Both the position numbers and the translations under genes were made by a program. From positions 1 through 62,730 of the IMG/VR virus record IMGVR_UViG_3300044796_000135: a stretch of 62,730 nucleotides of DNA; one strand, given 5' to 3'. This document shows, piece by piece, positions 49,948 through 59,452 of the stretch. Source of the stretch: a virus (Duplodnaviria > Caudoviricetes). The notes beneath the pieces are model-generated. The model did not search any database, was not told the origin of the DNA, and was given only the letters and a program-made list of their open reading frames with translations. Position 1 is the stretch's first letter, and each line of letters begins with the position of its first letter.

Positions 49948-52139
49948 TGGCTGATCCGACCTACGAGTGGAATGACAACGGGAGTGCATCCCCGACAGTT
50001 CCGGGCGATGAGCCCGTCGCCGCGCCTACCACTGCGTCTACGGGTGACACGTCCTATGAGTGGAACGGAAGCGGCAACACGTCTGGCACCGGAGCGCCTA
50101 CGTCTGTTAAGAAACTGCTTCTGCACAAGGCTACGGATTCGTTTCTGCCGCCTCCGCCGTCCGTTCCCCTGTCATCTGACAAAACTCTGGCCCTCCTGCT
50201 TCGTGGAATGACGGGTGGTGGTTCTGATTATGTTGGCGCGGCTGGACAGGTCGCAGGTGATCGCGTCGGCAATATGCTTAACCCAAGCAGCGCTACACCA
50301 TTGTCTTTCAATGATGCCTTAAAGCAACAGGGTCAAAGCGCGGACGCTTCTATGCAGCAAAACCCCATTATGGGGCATGGTGCTGAGATGGCCGGCGGCC
50401 TCACATCCCCTATATTCAATGGAATTAGCTCTGGCGTTAGCAGCGTTCTCGGATCACTCCCGCGTTATCTTAAGTATGGATTGCAGGGCGGAACGATGGG
50501 CATGGCGACTGGTCTCACCTCCGCGCGTGATCAATCTGGCGGCCTGCCGACTGGGCAAGACGTTCAGTCAAGCATGGAAAAGCAGGGCGGAATCGGCTCC
50601 GCACTTGGCGTTGCAATTCCAGGTGCCACCGAATTGGGAATCAAGGCTATAAATCTTTTGCGTGGTGCGCCGCAGATTTTGGATAGTGCCGGAAATGCTA
50701 TCGGAGACGTTACGCAGTCGGCAATACAGAGAATAACAAAAGCACTTGGTCGCGATGATTTGAGCACCCCCGGAACTGCGCAAACAGTTCTCTCAAATTT
50801 AGGTCCGCAGGGTGTGTTGGGTGATGTTGGGGCAAATACGTCGCTTGCTGTTGAGCGCGCTGCTTCCCGTCCAGGCGCACCATTAACCGCCGTTTCTAAA
50901 TTCGCAGCGGCTAGACAGGCTGGTGCGCCAGAGCGCGTGGCCGGTTCAATTACGGACAATCTGGCTGATCCCAATTTCTACGAAATGATTGACGCTCTGC
51001 GCACTCAACGGAACACCATTGCCGCCCCGTTGCGACAGCAGGCGCTTGATGAATCTGCCGGCGTGCCTGTCAAAAGCGACTTGGTACAACGGCTACAGGG
51101 AACGCCTGAATTTCAAAGTGCGATGGCGACTGGTAAGTCGATTGCTCGCATGGAAGCCGCTCGCACTGGTAAAGAAATCCCGCAAACAGAACAGTGGTTT
51201 CATGGCGATAGCTTTGATGATCCTGACATCGAGTCTCGGACTGTTCCTACGCTCCGTATGCTGGATGCTGCGAAACAGGGATACAATGAGCTGTTAAAAC
51301 CATACCGCAATCCGTTCACTGGCGCGCTGGAAAACCTTCCACCAAAAGGGGTGGAGATTGCAAAGACGGCTGACGCGTTGACACAGGAACTTCGCGCAAA
51401 TTCGGATACTTATGGCCAGTATCTTGATAATTGGGCTGATCCGTCTCAATCCATGCAAGCCGTGAAAACTGGCAAAAATTTCCTGACCATGAAACCGCAG
51501 GAAGCATCGCGGATTTGGGACGGAATGTCTGATTCGGAAAAACAATTTGCCAAGGTTGGATTTGCAAAGGCACAGGTCGATAAAGTTGGCGATGTGAGTA
51601 AGGGCGGCAATCCAGCCGGACGACTGCTTGCGACACCAAATCAGACATCTGTCGCCCAAATGATCTACGGTGATGACTTTCCGGCATTTCAGCAAGATAT
51701 GCAGAACGAAGCGACGTTCGCGCAAAATAACTCGAATTGGTTACGTGGATCTCGTACCGGCATCCGCACCAATCCTGAAGAAGACGAAGAAGGTGCTGGC
51801 GGTTCTTTGATTGGTGCGGCCGGCCATGCCGTAAGTGGAAATTGGAAAGGTGCCGCCACCCACGCCGTTGGACCCGCAATTGAGCGCGCCAAAAACATGA
51901 TTATTGGCATGTTTGGTCCCGGCGAAGCGGTTTCAACCGAAATGACAAACAGGCTGCTTTCGCAAGATCCTGCCGTTCAATCTGAAACATTGGATTTGGT
52001 TAATAAGATGGCTGCGGCTCGGGCGCAAAGAATAGCGATGCCGTCTGATCTCGCGGCAAAATCAATATCGTCAATTCCTGGGATTCTTGCGCCTGAACAG
52101 CGCGCCCGCATGAATTTACAAATGCCAGAGGCACAATAG
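49947..52139 (+). CDS. large internal virion/ejection protein
   Basis: 730 aa, last gene before the lysis cassette. Confidence 0.65.
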   Translation: MADPTYEWNDNGSASPTVPGDEPVAAPTTASTGDTSYEWNGSGNTSGTGAPTSVKKLLLHKATDSFLPPPPSVPLSSDKTLALLLRGMTGGGSDYVGAAGQVAGDRVGNMLNPSSATPLSFNDALKQQGQSADASMQQNPIMGHGAEMAGGLTSPIFNGISSGVSSVLGSLPRYLKYGLQGGTMGMATGLTSARDQSGGLPTGQDVQSSMEKQGGIGSALGVAIPGATELGIKAINLLRGAPQILDSAGNAIGDVTQSAIQRITKALGRDDLSTPGTAQTVLSNLGPQGVLGDVGANTSLAVERAASRPGAPLTAVSKFAAARQAGAPERVAGSITDNLADPNFYEMIDALRTQRNTIAAPLRQQALDESAGVPVKSDLVQRLQGTPEFQSAMATGKSIARMEAARTGKEIPQTEQWFHGDSFDDPDIESRTVPTLRMLDAAKQGYNELLKPYRNPFTGALENLPPKGVEIAKTADALTQELRANSDTYGQYLDNWADPSQSMQAVKTGKNFLTMKPQEASRIWDGMSDSEKQFAKVGFAKAQVDKVGDVSKGGNPAGRLLATPNQTSVAQMIYGDDFPAFQQDMQNEATFAQNNSNWLRGSRTGIRTNPEEDEEGAGGSLIGAAGHAVSGNWKGAATHAVGPAIERAKNMIIGMFGPGEAVSTEMTNRLLSQDPAVQSETLDLVNKMAAARAQRIAMPSDLAAKSISSIPGILAPEQRARMNLQMPEAQ

Positions 52140-52146
52140 TCCGCAC

Positions 52147-52503
52147 ATGACCGATAGTTCCGAATCGATTGCCTCGTTGCGCGCCTGGAAAGAAGCGCAC
52201 GAGGACCGCTGCAAAGAGCGGTTCGATGCTAATGCGCGCGACCTGGGCGAGATCAAAGCCGCGATCCAGTATATGAGCGCAGACCTGAAAGAAACGGTTA
52301 AGCGCATCCATGAGCGGAATGAAATCACCGCTACGGCTATCTCGGACACGCGCAGCATGGCCGCAACGGAAATTGTCAAAGTCAATCAACGCATTGATAG
52401 CCACTCTATTAAAACGCTATTGGCTATCCTCGCTGGAATCGGAGGGTTTGCAACTGCGATCAGCGAATGGATATTATCGCATATAGGCGTGGTGCCGAAA
52501 TGA
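52147..52503 (+). CDS. coiled-coil protein with C-terminal TM segment (holin/antiholin-like)
   Basis: HEDRCKERF, C-terminal hydrophobic helix; precedes endolysin. Confidence 0.55.
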   Translation: MTDSSESIASLRAWKEAHEDRCKERFDANARDLGEIKAAIQYMSADLKETVKRIHERNEITATAISDTRSMAATEIVKVNQRIDSHSIKTLLAILAGIGGFATAISEWILSHIGVVPK

Positions 52504-52943
52504 GCCTCGATCCCATCCGCCGCGCTGTATTGATAGACATGGCTTTTGAGTTGGGGCGCTCTGGCCTCGCTGGATTCCCGCACTTCCTCGCAGCCATGCG
52601 TCAGGGCCAATGGGCCACCGCAGCCGTCGAGTTGAAAAACAGCCTCTTATTCTCTCAGGTCCCGCAGCGTGAGCAGGAAAACATCGCGTGCCTCGTCACG
52701 GGCCAGTTCCCGGCTGGGGTAACCTGCGCTGAGGATTTGGTGAAACGCCATGAGGGGCTGACGCAGGTCGCCAAGCCGGACGCCAAGGGCTTCTGGGTTC
52801 TGGGATGGGGCCACGATATTCCCGCGCCGACGGATGGCGTGCCTCCGATCTGCACCTATGAGCAGGCCGAGACGTGGTTTGAGCAGGACATGGCCTTTGC
52901 GGCGGCCCATGCGGAGATTGATCTTGGAACGGAATATTGGTGA
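52500..52943 (+). CDS. endolysin, GH24/T4-lysozyme family, circularly permuted
   Basis: VLIDMAFELG..GL..F...AA.E..NS comes before RHEGL......D..G....GWGH. Confidence 0.85.
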   Translation: MSLDPIRRAVLIDMAFELGRSGLAGFPHFLAAMRQGQWATAAVELKNSLLFSQVPQREQENIACLVTGQFPAGVTCAEDLVKRHEGLTQVAKPDAKGFWVLGWGHDIPAPTDGVPPICTYEQAETWFEQDMAFAAAHAEIDLGTEYW

Positions 52944-53179
52944 TGGATAAACCGGCATCCGCTGGCAAAACAGCCGCTATTGCAGGCATGGCCGCGACCC
53001 AAAGCGTCACATTGCTGCTTTACATCGTCCACAAATTCGGCATTGACGACATGACACCAGAGGTTGCGGCTGCTATTATAGGCGTTGCAACAACGATAGC
53101 GGGAGCCATCATGCATGGCTTCCAGCGCAGCGAAGAAAAGAAAGCTTCCATAGCCATAACCCAAGGATCAGTCACATGA
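52943..53179 (+). CDS. holin-like 2-TM protein
   Basis: Two hydrophobic segments and a charged C-terminus. Confidence 0.6.
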   Translation: MDKPASAGKTAAIAGMAATQSVTLLLYIVHKFGIDDMTPEVAAAIIGVATTIAGAIMHGFQRSEEKKASIAITQGSVT

Positions 53180-53532
53180 GCATTTTCGCCGACTTTGAGA
53201 ATTTCATCACCACCAAAGCGTGGCCGTTCCTGCGCAATATCGGCAAAGCGACCGTGACCGCTGAAATCACGGCGCTGACGCCCATCGCCACAACCTTGGC
53301 GGCAGAGGCTCAAACCGACATCGTGACGGCAGCGGCTTCCGGCTCGCTCAGCAATCTGGGTGCTGTCCTGGGTGCGCTTGTGACTAAGACGGCGGCGCAG
53401 GCAGAGGCGCAGGCGATTACCGCTGGCGCAACATCGCTGCTAGCCTCGGTCGGTACGGCGCTGGCGACCAATACGACCACGGCGACTTCGCTGACGCCTG
53501 CGGCTCCGGTCGCGGCGGTCCAGGGCAGCTAA
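53176..53532 (+). CDS. Ala/Thr-rich hypothetical protein
   Basis: Coupled ORF with AAGGA RBS. Confidence 0.65.
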   Translation: MSIFADFENFITTKAWPFLRNIGKATVTAEITALTPIATTLAAEAQTDIVTAAASGSLSNLGAVLGALVTKTAAQAEAQAITAGATSLLASVGTALATNTTTATSLTPAAPVAAVQGS

Positions 53533-53562
53533 TTTTCTCAACCAAAATCAAAGGAGATTAAG

Positions 53563-53841
53563 ATGTCATCTTTTAAGTCTCAGTCTGCCAATCAAGCCAC
53601 TAATGATCTACCGCGCCCGCAGACAATTACTGAGAGAACATCCGTCGTTCTTTCCAGACTTCACACATTAAATGCCACTCTGGAAAATGTTCTCTCCAGA
53701 GTTCGCGGCGCACAGCCATCGCCTATTGATGGCGGCTTAAAACCAGAACCCGTGCCGAATCTCGAATTGATGCTGACTCGCCTGGAAAACACTCTTTGCG
53801 AAACTGAAAGCCATATTTCAGAGTTTGATCGCAGCATCTAA
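53563..53841 (+). CDS. hypothetical coiled-coil protein
   Basis: AAGGAG RBS. Confidence 0.6.
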   Translation: MSSFKSQSANQATNDLPRPQTITERTSVVLSRLHTLNATLENVLSRVRGAQPSPIDGGLKPEPVPNLELMLTRLENTLCETESHISEFDRSI

Positions 53842-54056
53842 TGTTCTCCTGGCTCTCCATCATCAGCGGCGCGCTCTCGGCTATTGGGAAGGCTCTTGGG
53901 CTGATCCATGACGCCAACGAGCGCGCTGCTGGTGCTAACGCCGTGATCGCCAAAGACAACGCCGCAACTGCAAAGGCCGATGAAAATGCTGCGCAAAGTA
54001 TGGTGGATACCACTGACGCTTCTGTGTCTGACAGCCTGCGCAACGGTAAGTTCTGA
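53841..54056 (+). CDS. i-spanin-like protein
   Basis: N-terminal hydrophobic segment; overlaps a lipoprotein gene. Confidence 0.5.
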   Translation: MFSWLSIISGALSAIGKALGLIHDANERAAGANAVIAKDNAATAKADENAAQSMVDTTDASVSDSLRNGKF

Positions 54057-54216
54057 GGCTCCGGCGCTTCATTGCCCGCCGCTCAAGGATTACACCTTGG
54101 CAGACCAGCAGCGCGTCGCCCTTGAGCGTGGCGGCTTGGCGCTGGATGATCCCATGCGGACCATGATTGACGACTACGGGGCGCTTAGGAACGGTTGCCG
54201 GGCGGCTGGGAAATGA
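53980..54216 (+). CDS. o-spanin-like lipoprotein
   Basis: Lipobox LTAC, CPPL, C-terminal Cys. Confidence 0.6.
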   Translation: MKMLRKVWWIPLTLLCLTACATVSSEAPALHCPPLKDYTLADQQRVALERGGLALDDPMRTMIDDYGALRNGCRAAGK

Positions 54217-54965
54217 AACGCCTCCTCATCGCCGCCACGCTGGCCCTAGCAGCCTGTGGCTCATCCCCGGCACCTACGCCAGTACCAAGTCCGCAGCCAA
54301 TCGTAGCCTACCCGAACGTCCACCCAGGTAACTCGCAATGGGTCATGGCTCCGGGTACATGGGCCGAATACGACTTCGATTCCTACACCGGAACGTTCAA
54401 CCCATTGAACGGCATGATTACCGTCGATCCAACGTCCGTGAAGGTGGTTCAGCAGGAGCGGCAGACCAATCTCGCGTACCACATGCCGCTGGATGCCTCA
54501 CAGCTTGCCATGGCGCGCGTCCAGACGAACGCGGGCTACGCGGCCACGACGGTTGACCCGACCCTGGCCTACACGCTGGTAGAGCGTCAGAGCGCCACGC
54601 TAATAGGGGAGGCGGCGAACCCAGGCGCGGCGTCTCAGGACCCACCAGAGCCGTACACCACGGTGAGCCCCGTTGTCGGCGAAGTCGTCAACACCATGAG
54701 CCTGGTCACGAAATTTGACGGAACCACGTTCTATTTCACGACGCGGTACACCACGATTGCTGTGGGTGTTACCTTTGATGGATTCCCCAACGCCACGGTC
54801 ACCACGCTCACCGAGAACCCCGGCGATGCTGGCAACAACGAGATGGCCTACGTGTGGGTCTTTTCTGGCGGCGAAATCGCGGAAGAGATAATCGGCTGGG
54901 TGGCGGCTGATGGTAGCCTCACGAATGGCGCTTTATTGCGACGGACGGGGATGGGGCGGAATTAG
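54213..54965 (+). CDS. lipoprotein of unknown function
   Basis: MKRLLIAATLALAAC lipobox, Pro-rich linker. Confidence 0.75.
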   Translation: MKRLLIAATLALAACGSSPAPTPVPSPQPIVAYPNVHPGNSQWVMAPGTWAEYDFDSYTGTFNPLNGMITVDPTSVKVVQQERQTNLAYHMPLDASQLAMARVQTNAGYAATTVDPTLAYTLVERQSATLIGEAANPGAASQDPPEPYTTVSPVVGEVVNTMSLVTKFDGTTFYFTTRYTTIAVGVTFDGFPNATVTTLTENPGDAGNNEMAYVWVFSGGEIAEEIIGWVAADGSLTNGALLRRTGMGRN

Positions 54966-55282
54966 AACGGGATATCATCGTCGCTTGATCTTGCCCGAAC
55001 ATCACGGCCAATCATCCAATCGTGAAGTCTCGCACGTTGTAGCCCAATAAAATCCCAGAACCGCTCGCGCCACGTTGGCGGACGATGCGCCCTATCATAG
55101 GATTCATAATACGCAGTCATCTCATCGCTGCTCAAATACCATCGCTCGCCGCAGTAATTGCATTGTGCCGCGCCGTCCCAATCAAGCTCGTAGTCTTCAT
55201 GGCAGCAATCGCCGTATGATTCTTCCTGATACCGGAACTGATCGTCGTCAATCTCGTCTTGGGTCCATTTGTGGTCGCTCAT
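54962..55282 (-). CDS. hypothetical Cys-containing protein ending DDDIPF
   Basis: GAAGGA RBS before MSDHKW. Confidence 0.65.
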   Translation of the reverse strand: MSDHKWTQDEIDDDQFRYQEESYGDCCHEDYELDWDGAAQCNYCGERWYLSSDEMTAYYESYDRAHRPPTWRERFWDFIGLQRARLHDWMIGRDVRARSSDDDIPF

Positions 55283-56671
55283 TCCTTCCCCCTCACCGCA
55301 GCGGCGGCGCGGCTCAATACGCACGTAATAGAATGCACTAACTTATCACGGTCTGGCAGTCGGCATTCTTCACCACAGATGTTGCACTCGCGAAACCATC
55401 CGTCCGAATCTTGTCCCTGCGTATAGGCGCGATCTGCCAACGCCTCCCTGCACGCGTCCAACTCGGCGCGGAGGGCGTCACGCTCTGCGATTAGTGTCCT
55501 GCTGTCAAAAACTGCCATCGTCTACGTCCTGGGTGGGTTGGTGGGGGTGTTGGGCGCACCATGCTTATCCGGTTGTTAGCCACGGGTACTATCGCTTGGT
55601 GCCGATGCGTTTGTAGGCGGCTTCGGTTTCGTCACGCAGCACATCCGCGCAAGCCAAGTTCTCGAATGTAATGACCGTCCCTCCGGGAACGCATTCCGTC
55701 TTTCTGAGGCCGCTTTTAGAAGCGCCCTCTCCAATTTCACCAGGCATCGATGCTGGCTCGATGAAAAGCGCTGCCTTATTGCCAAAATAGCCATGATTGA
55801 TAACGAAACGGCCAGCACCGAGTTCAATTACGTTTATGCTCATGATATTCTCCTAGATTTAGCTCCCATAGGCATTAAACACACCGCATCCATCCTATGC
55901 CGCTCGATCTCGGGGATCATTGTTTACGACTCTCCCACTCATAATTGGCTACGCCGATTGCAAACAAAATGGCGGGGCCGAACAACAGTGACCACATTGG
56001 CTCCGCCATAGACGTTTTAATCACCGCTGTTGCAAACAATGCGCCAACCATCATCGACATAATGTTCATCTCTATTCCCCCTCCGCGCTCACGGGATTGG
56101 CGGGGGTGCTACGGATGGCTGCCGCAACATGTTGACCGTCGCGAAAGCGGGGAACTGCCATACCGCTATAATCTGCGCCGACGCGGTGTTCCGCAATCGC
56201 CGCACACCGCTCGCGTTCAGCCTTCTTCGCCGCCTCGGATGCGGAGGCGCGGACTTGGGCAAACTCAGCGGCAATCATTTCGATGCAGGCGGCGTCATCC
56301 GCGACACATGACATTCTTTCAAAGAGGTCGGTGGCCGTAACTGCATCCTCCCCCGACACCGGCGCCATCGCGGAGGAGAGGAGGGCAACTGCAATGTCGC
56401 GATAGTACGCCGGGCAATCGTTATGATGTTCGAGCCGTTCCTTCGGGTTCATCCCGCAAGTACACGGTAAAGCCTGCCGCGCCATCGCCTCGTCGCCAGC
56501 GGTGGTAGGGGGCGATAGCCTGTCGATATAGGTGAGCAATTCGCGCCTATCGCAATGTGTTCGCCATTCTGCAGTCGCGTGGTCAATGTCTCGCAGCGTT
56601 GAGTCTTTGAGATGGCGTGCACGTATCTTTTCCAACTTCTCCGCGTCGATGATCTGCGTGGGGTGGGTCAT
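55279..56671 (-). other. small hypothetical early genes (55279-55518, 55589-55843, 56072-56671)
   Basis: Co-oriented ORFs with RBSs. Confidence 0.6.
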
Positions 56672-56943
56672 GGCTTGGTTTTCTTTCTTGCGTGGAACAA
56701 ATCGTAGGAAGCCTGTAACGCCATCCACATTTCTGGCTTCATGCACGGCTTCAAAACCTTAGAAAATCGCAACGCGTATGGAGCAGTCAGCGGGGCTTTA
56801 TGGTTGATAATCTCGCTGACGTGCTTCGGTGTCATCTTCGCTCGGCGCGCAAACTCAGCCTGTGACCAACCACGGATTTCAAGATATTCTTGTAAGTGAT
56901 CGCCGGGGTGGGTAGTCCAGTTTGGGTTAAATGCGTCGCTCAT
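56668..56943 (-). CDS. HigA-family HTH protein
   Basis: HPGDHLQEYLE..GWSQAEFA......KHVSEII..K..LT...ALR...W..LQ..YDL. Confidence 0.85.
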   Translation of the reverse strand: MSDAFNPNWTTHPGDHLQEYLEIRGWSQAEFARRAKMTPKHVSEIINHKAPLTAPYALRFSKVLKPCMKPEMWMALQASYDLFHARKKTKP

Positions 56944-56976
56944 TCTCCGCTACTCCTTGTCCGGGGATGGGGTGGG

Positions 56977-57177
56977 TCATGGCTTTGCTGTCCTTGTATA
57001 AAAATAAATGTAATCCTGAAACTTCATTAAAGCCGCGCCTGCAATACCGCCCCATTCAAATTCCGTAATATGGAAGCTGCCGTCCAGCATCCATCGGATA
57101 CAGCCCATAGTCGCAATCCATCCCAGCACCAATATCGTCATCCAGCCAACGATTTTGAGAAAAATATCAAAGCTCAT
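56977..57177 (-). CDS. small membrane protein
   Basis: Hydrophobic ORF between junction repeats. Confidence 0.65.
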   Translation of the reverse strand: MSFDIFLKIVGWMTILVLGWIATMGCIRWMLDGSFHITEFEWGGIAGAALMKFQDYIYFYTRTAKP

Positions 57178-57206
57178 GCTCCGCTACTCCTTGTCCGTCG
57201 AGTTGG

Positions 57207-57350
57207 TCATGGCTTGCTCCAGAATGTTTTGCCGCATGTCGTTCCGATCCAAACGGTGCCTTCACCTTTCGCGGTCGCATACATGATGCAACAGCCGGTC
57301 CAGAGATGCCAAAGACAGTGACACCAGCATTTAATCCACCCGAGAATCAT
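57207..57350 (-). CDS. 47-aa Cys/Trp-rich peptide
   Basis: Hand translation MILGWIKCWCHCLWHLWTGCCIMY...FWSKP; bounded by junction repeats. Confidence 0.6.
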   Translation of the reverse strand: MILGWIKCWCHCLWHLWTGCCIMYATAKGEGTVWIGTTCGKTFWSKP

Positions 57351-57356
57351 TCTCCG

Positions 57357-58142
57357 CTACTCCTTGTCCGGGGATGGTGGCGAGGGCTCTTGCGGTACGT
57401 CTGGCAGTACAAAATATCTCGTGCCAAGTCTAGAATCCCACAGGCGTTCAACAATCACATCTTGGCATCTGCCGTCTCCGTGAACTAATAGCGCGAGACA
57501 ATTGGCGGACCTTTCAAGATGCGTTCGCATGTGGAACGAAGCGTTAGGACCAAGATCACTCATCAACCTCCACCCGGCTTGCGGAGGGAAGGCGGCGAGG
57601 ATACGTAGGATGCGGTCAGGGGAACAGGCGGCGATGTAGTTCGTGTTAATTTGCGCCTGTGAAAGTCCATTTTTGTGCCAATCTTTATGCGGGTTTACTA
57701 CATCAACAATCCAGCCAGAGCCCTCAACGAAGATGTGAGAAGCGATGGTGTTGTGTTCAGCCACCCACGGCCCCGGCGTTGCTTTCCGCGCTAGTTCTTC
57801 CAACGCAGCAATTTCCCTCCCCACCCCCGAGCCCGGCTGTGTGGGACGGCGGTAGCCTGCGTGAATAAGCGCCTCGGCAATCTCGCGGTGCTGGCTCATT
57901 CTCAATTCAACATGTCCGATGCGGTCGTAAGCCACGCGGAGAAAATCACGCAGTTCGTCTTTATCTACATCCCCCACCTTCTCCGCTTCGGGCGCGGGGC
58001 GTTCCGCTCGCAAGGACTCAACTGTGGCAATGAGACGATCAACGAGCGGCATTTGATACGGGCGGTACTCGTTATTTCCTGCCCAGTACTCAAATTCCTG
58101 ATCCGTCAGCGGTTCTGCGGCTGGCGTGGGCGTGCGGGTCAT
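57357..58142 (-). CDS. Ead/Ea22-like domain protein
   Basis: LEELARKATPGPW ... YIAACSPDRILRIL. Confidence 0.65.
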   Translation of the reverse strand: MTRTPTPAAEPLTDQEFEYWAGNNEYRPYQMPLVDRLIATVESLRAERPAPEAEKVGDVDKDELRDFLRVAYDRIGHVELRMSQHREIAEALIHAGYRRPTQPGSGVGREIAALEELARKATPGPWVAEHNTIASHIFVEGSGWIVDVVNPHKDWHKNGLSQAQINTNYIAACSPDRILRILAAFPPQAGWRLMSDLGPNASFHMRTHLERSANCLALLVHGDGRCQDVIVERLWDSRLGTRYFVLPDVPQEPSPPSPDKE

Positions 58143-58399
58143 GGTGTGCTCCGAAGTGGGCAGTCAGAAACTTTGCGGAAACATTCGGCCGATATGCCAC
58201 CGTGATCAGGATTATCTGGACATTCTACGTTGCAGTAATCTGGACATACTTCGATACGGCCACCGCCGATGGCGCGCTCTGCATTGGCTTGGAGGAGCGC
58301 CTTGAAAATCACGCTCATAGAAGGCTGTGCATTAGGCGGAATTCGCTCTGCTGCCGTCGCCACATCTATTGCAAATTGATACTCTTCTTTGGTCAGCAT
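58139..58399 (-). CDS. hypothetical protein
   Basis: Coupled ORF. Confidence 0.55.
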   Translation of the reverse strand: MLTKEEYQFAIDVATAAERIPPNAQPSMSVIFKALLQANAERAIGGGRIEVCPDYCNVECPDNPDHGGISAECFRKVSDCPLRSTP

Positions 58400-58406
58400 C
58401 CCGCAC

Positions 58407-58646
58407 CTACTTCTTCAGAAACGCCGGAATCGCGGCGGTCTTGTCAGTCGCGGCTTCGTTGATGGTCTTGGCGCGGACGTTCACAGGGCGAGCATCCTCA
58501 ACCAGAATCTCCGCACCCGTTGCTTTGAGCGCCGCAAGTTTGGCCTCGTATTTCTCAAGCGCGAGCGCGTAGTCTTTGGCGCTGCCGTCGTAGGGGATAT
58601 CGCCTGCATCGTGCGCGGTGAGGCGATAGCGGAGGACGTTTGTCAT
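58407..58646 (-). CDS. hypothetical protein ending IPAFLKK
   Basis: ATGA overlap with the exonuclease stop. Confidence 0.65.
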   Translation of the reverse strand: MTNVLRYRLTAHDAGDIPYDGSAKDYALALEKYEAKLAALKATGAEILVEDARPVNVRAKTINEAATDKTAAIPAFLKK

Positions 58647-59299
58647 GAGGCAGTTCCTTCTGTTGCATCCGGGATGTGAGTTTGCTTATGGCGCATGGAA
58701 GCTAGGGCGGCATCGCGCTCGGCCAGAACGTCCGCAATGCCCTTGATGAGCGCGCCATGCATTTCCTTGTCGGGGAAATGCCGAATCGTCAGCGGCGGCA
58801 ATTCGGGGTGGAAAAAGCTGAGATCCCACCACGCGCGGCCTGTAATGAGCAGCGAGCCCTGGACCTGCTGGATGTAATCGGTCGGGGCTTTGCCGTACTT
58901 CTGGTAGTAGAGCCGGGCTGCAATATGCCGCTCTGCCTTGAGGCATTTAATCTCAAGCCCCCCATCGTCGCCCACCAGGGCATCTGGCGAGCACCCGGCC
59001 AGTCCAGCATCATTGGTGACAAATCCCACGCGCTGCACGTCTGCATCTGTTGTGAAGGCATATAGATCCACCGCAGCCGCCTCCATGTCCTTGCCCCGGT
59101 TCATCCAGACGTTACCCTCGAAGGCGTCCAGGGTTTGGCCGGCAAATAGTTCCGCCGCCAGTTCGTTGGCATAGCCGCTGAGTGACTTGCTCGCCGCTCC
59201 GGTGCTGGTGACAAGGCGCGAGAACTCGCTAGCCGTGGGGATGCCGATGCGCGCTGCGGCCCATTCTGGCGTGCCCTGGACGCAATCTATGATTTTCAT
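58643..59299 (-). CDS. YqaJ/lambda-exonuclease family
   Basis: QGTPEW..AR.G.PTAS, CSPD, LEIKC, YIQQVQ. Confidence 0.92.
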   Translation of the reverse strand: MKIIDCVQGTPEWAAARIGIPTASEFSRLVTSTGAASKSLSGYANELAAELFAGQTLDAFEGNVWMNRGKDMEAAAVDLYAFTTDADVQRVGFVTNDAGLAGCSPDALVGDDGGLEIKCLKAERHIAARLYYQKYGKAPTDYIQQVQGSLLITGRAWWDLSFFHPELPPLTIRHFPDKEMHGALIKGIADVLAERDAALASMRHKQTHIPDATEGTAS

Positions 59300-59436
59300 T
59301 TGCGAGATTCCATCCATATAGGCGGCTTTCCAATAAAGTTTGGATGCGGCTTTTTGACACAATCAATCTTGCAAGGACGCCACTTCTTGGTCCCGTGATG
59401 GCGTCTCATTCGGCGTCCGCACTTTTTACACTTCAC
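59296..59436 (-). CDS. 46-aa basic CxxC peptide
   Basis: GTG start, MKCKKCGRRMRR...; stop overlaps exonuclease ATG. Confidence 0.5.
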   Translation of the reverse strand: MKCKKCGRRMRRHHGTKKWRPCKIDCVKKPHPNFIGKPPIWMESRK

Positions 59437-59452
59437 TTTCTCATCTCCGAAA

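Larger units (their letters stand above)
56660..57377. repeat. repeated gene-junction sequences flanking three small genes
   Basis: 30-bp identity 56941-56970 = 57348-57377; 17-bp identity 56660-56676 = 56969-56985; both halves recur at 57175-57215. Confidence 0.92.

Noticed and set aside
56668-57350. Complete HigBA toxin-antitoxin module
   Set aside because: No RelE/HigB-like ORF is adjacent; the HigA-like gene is an orphan.
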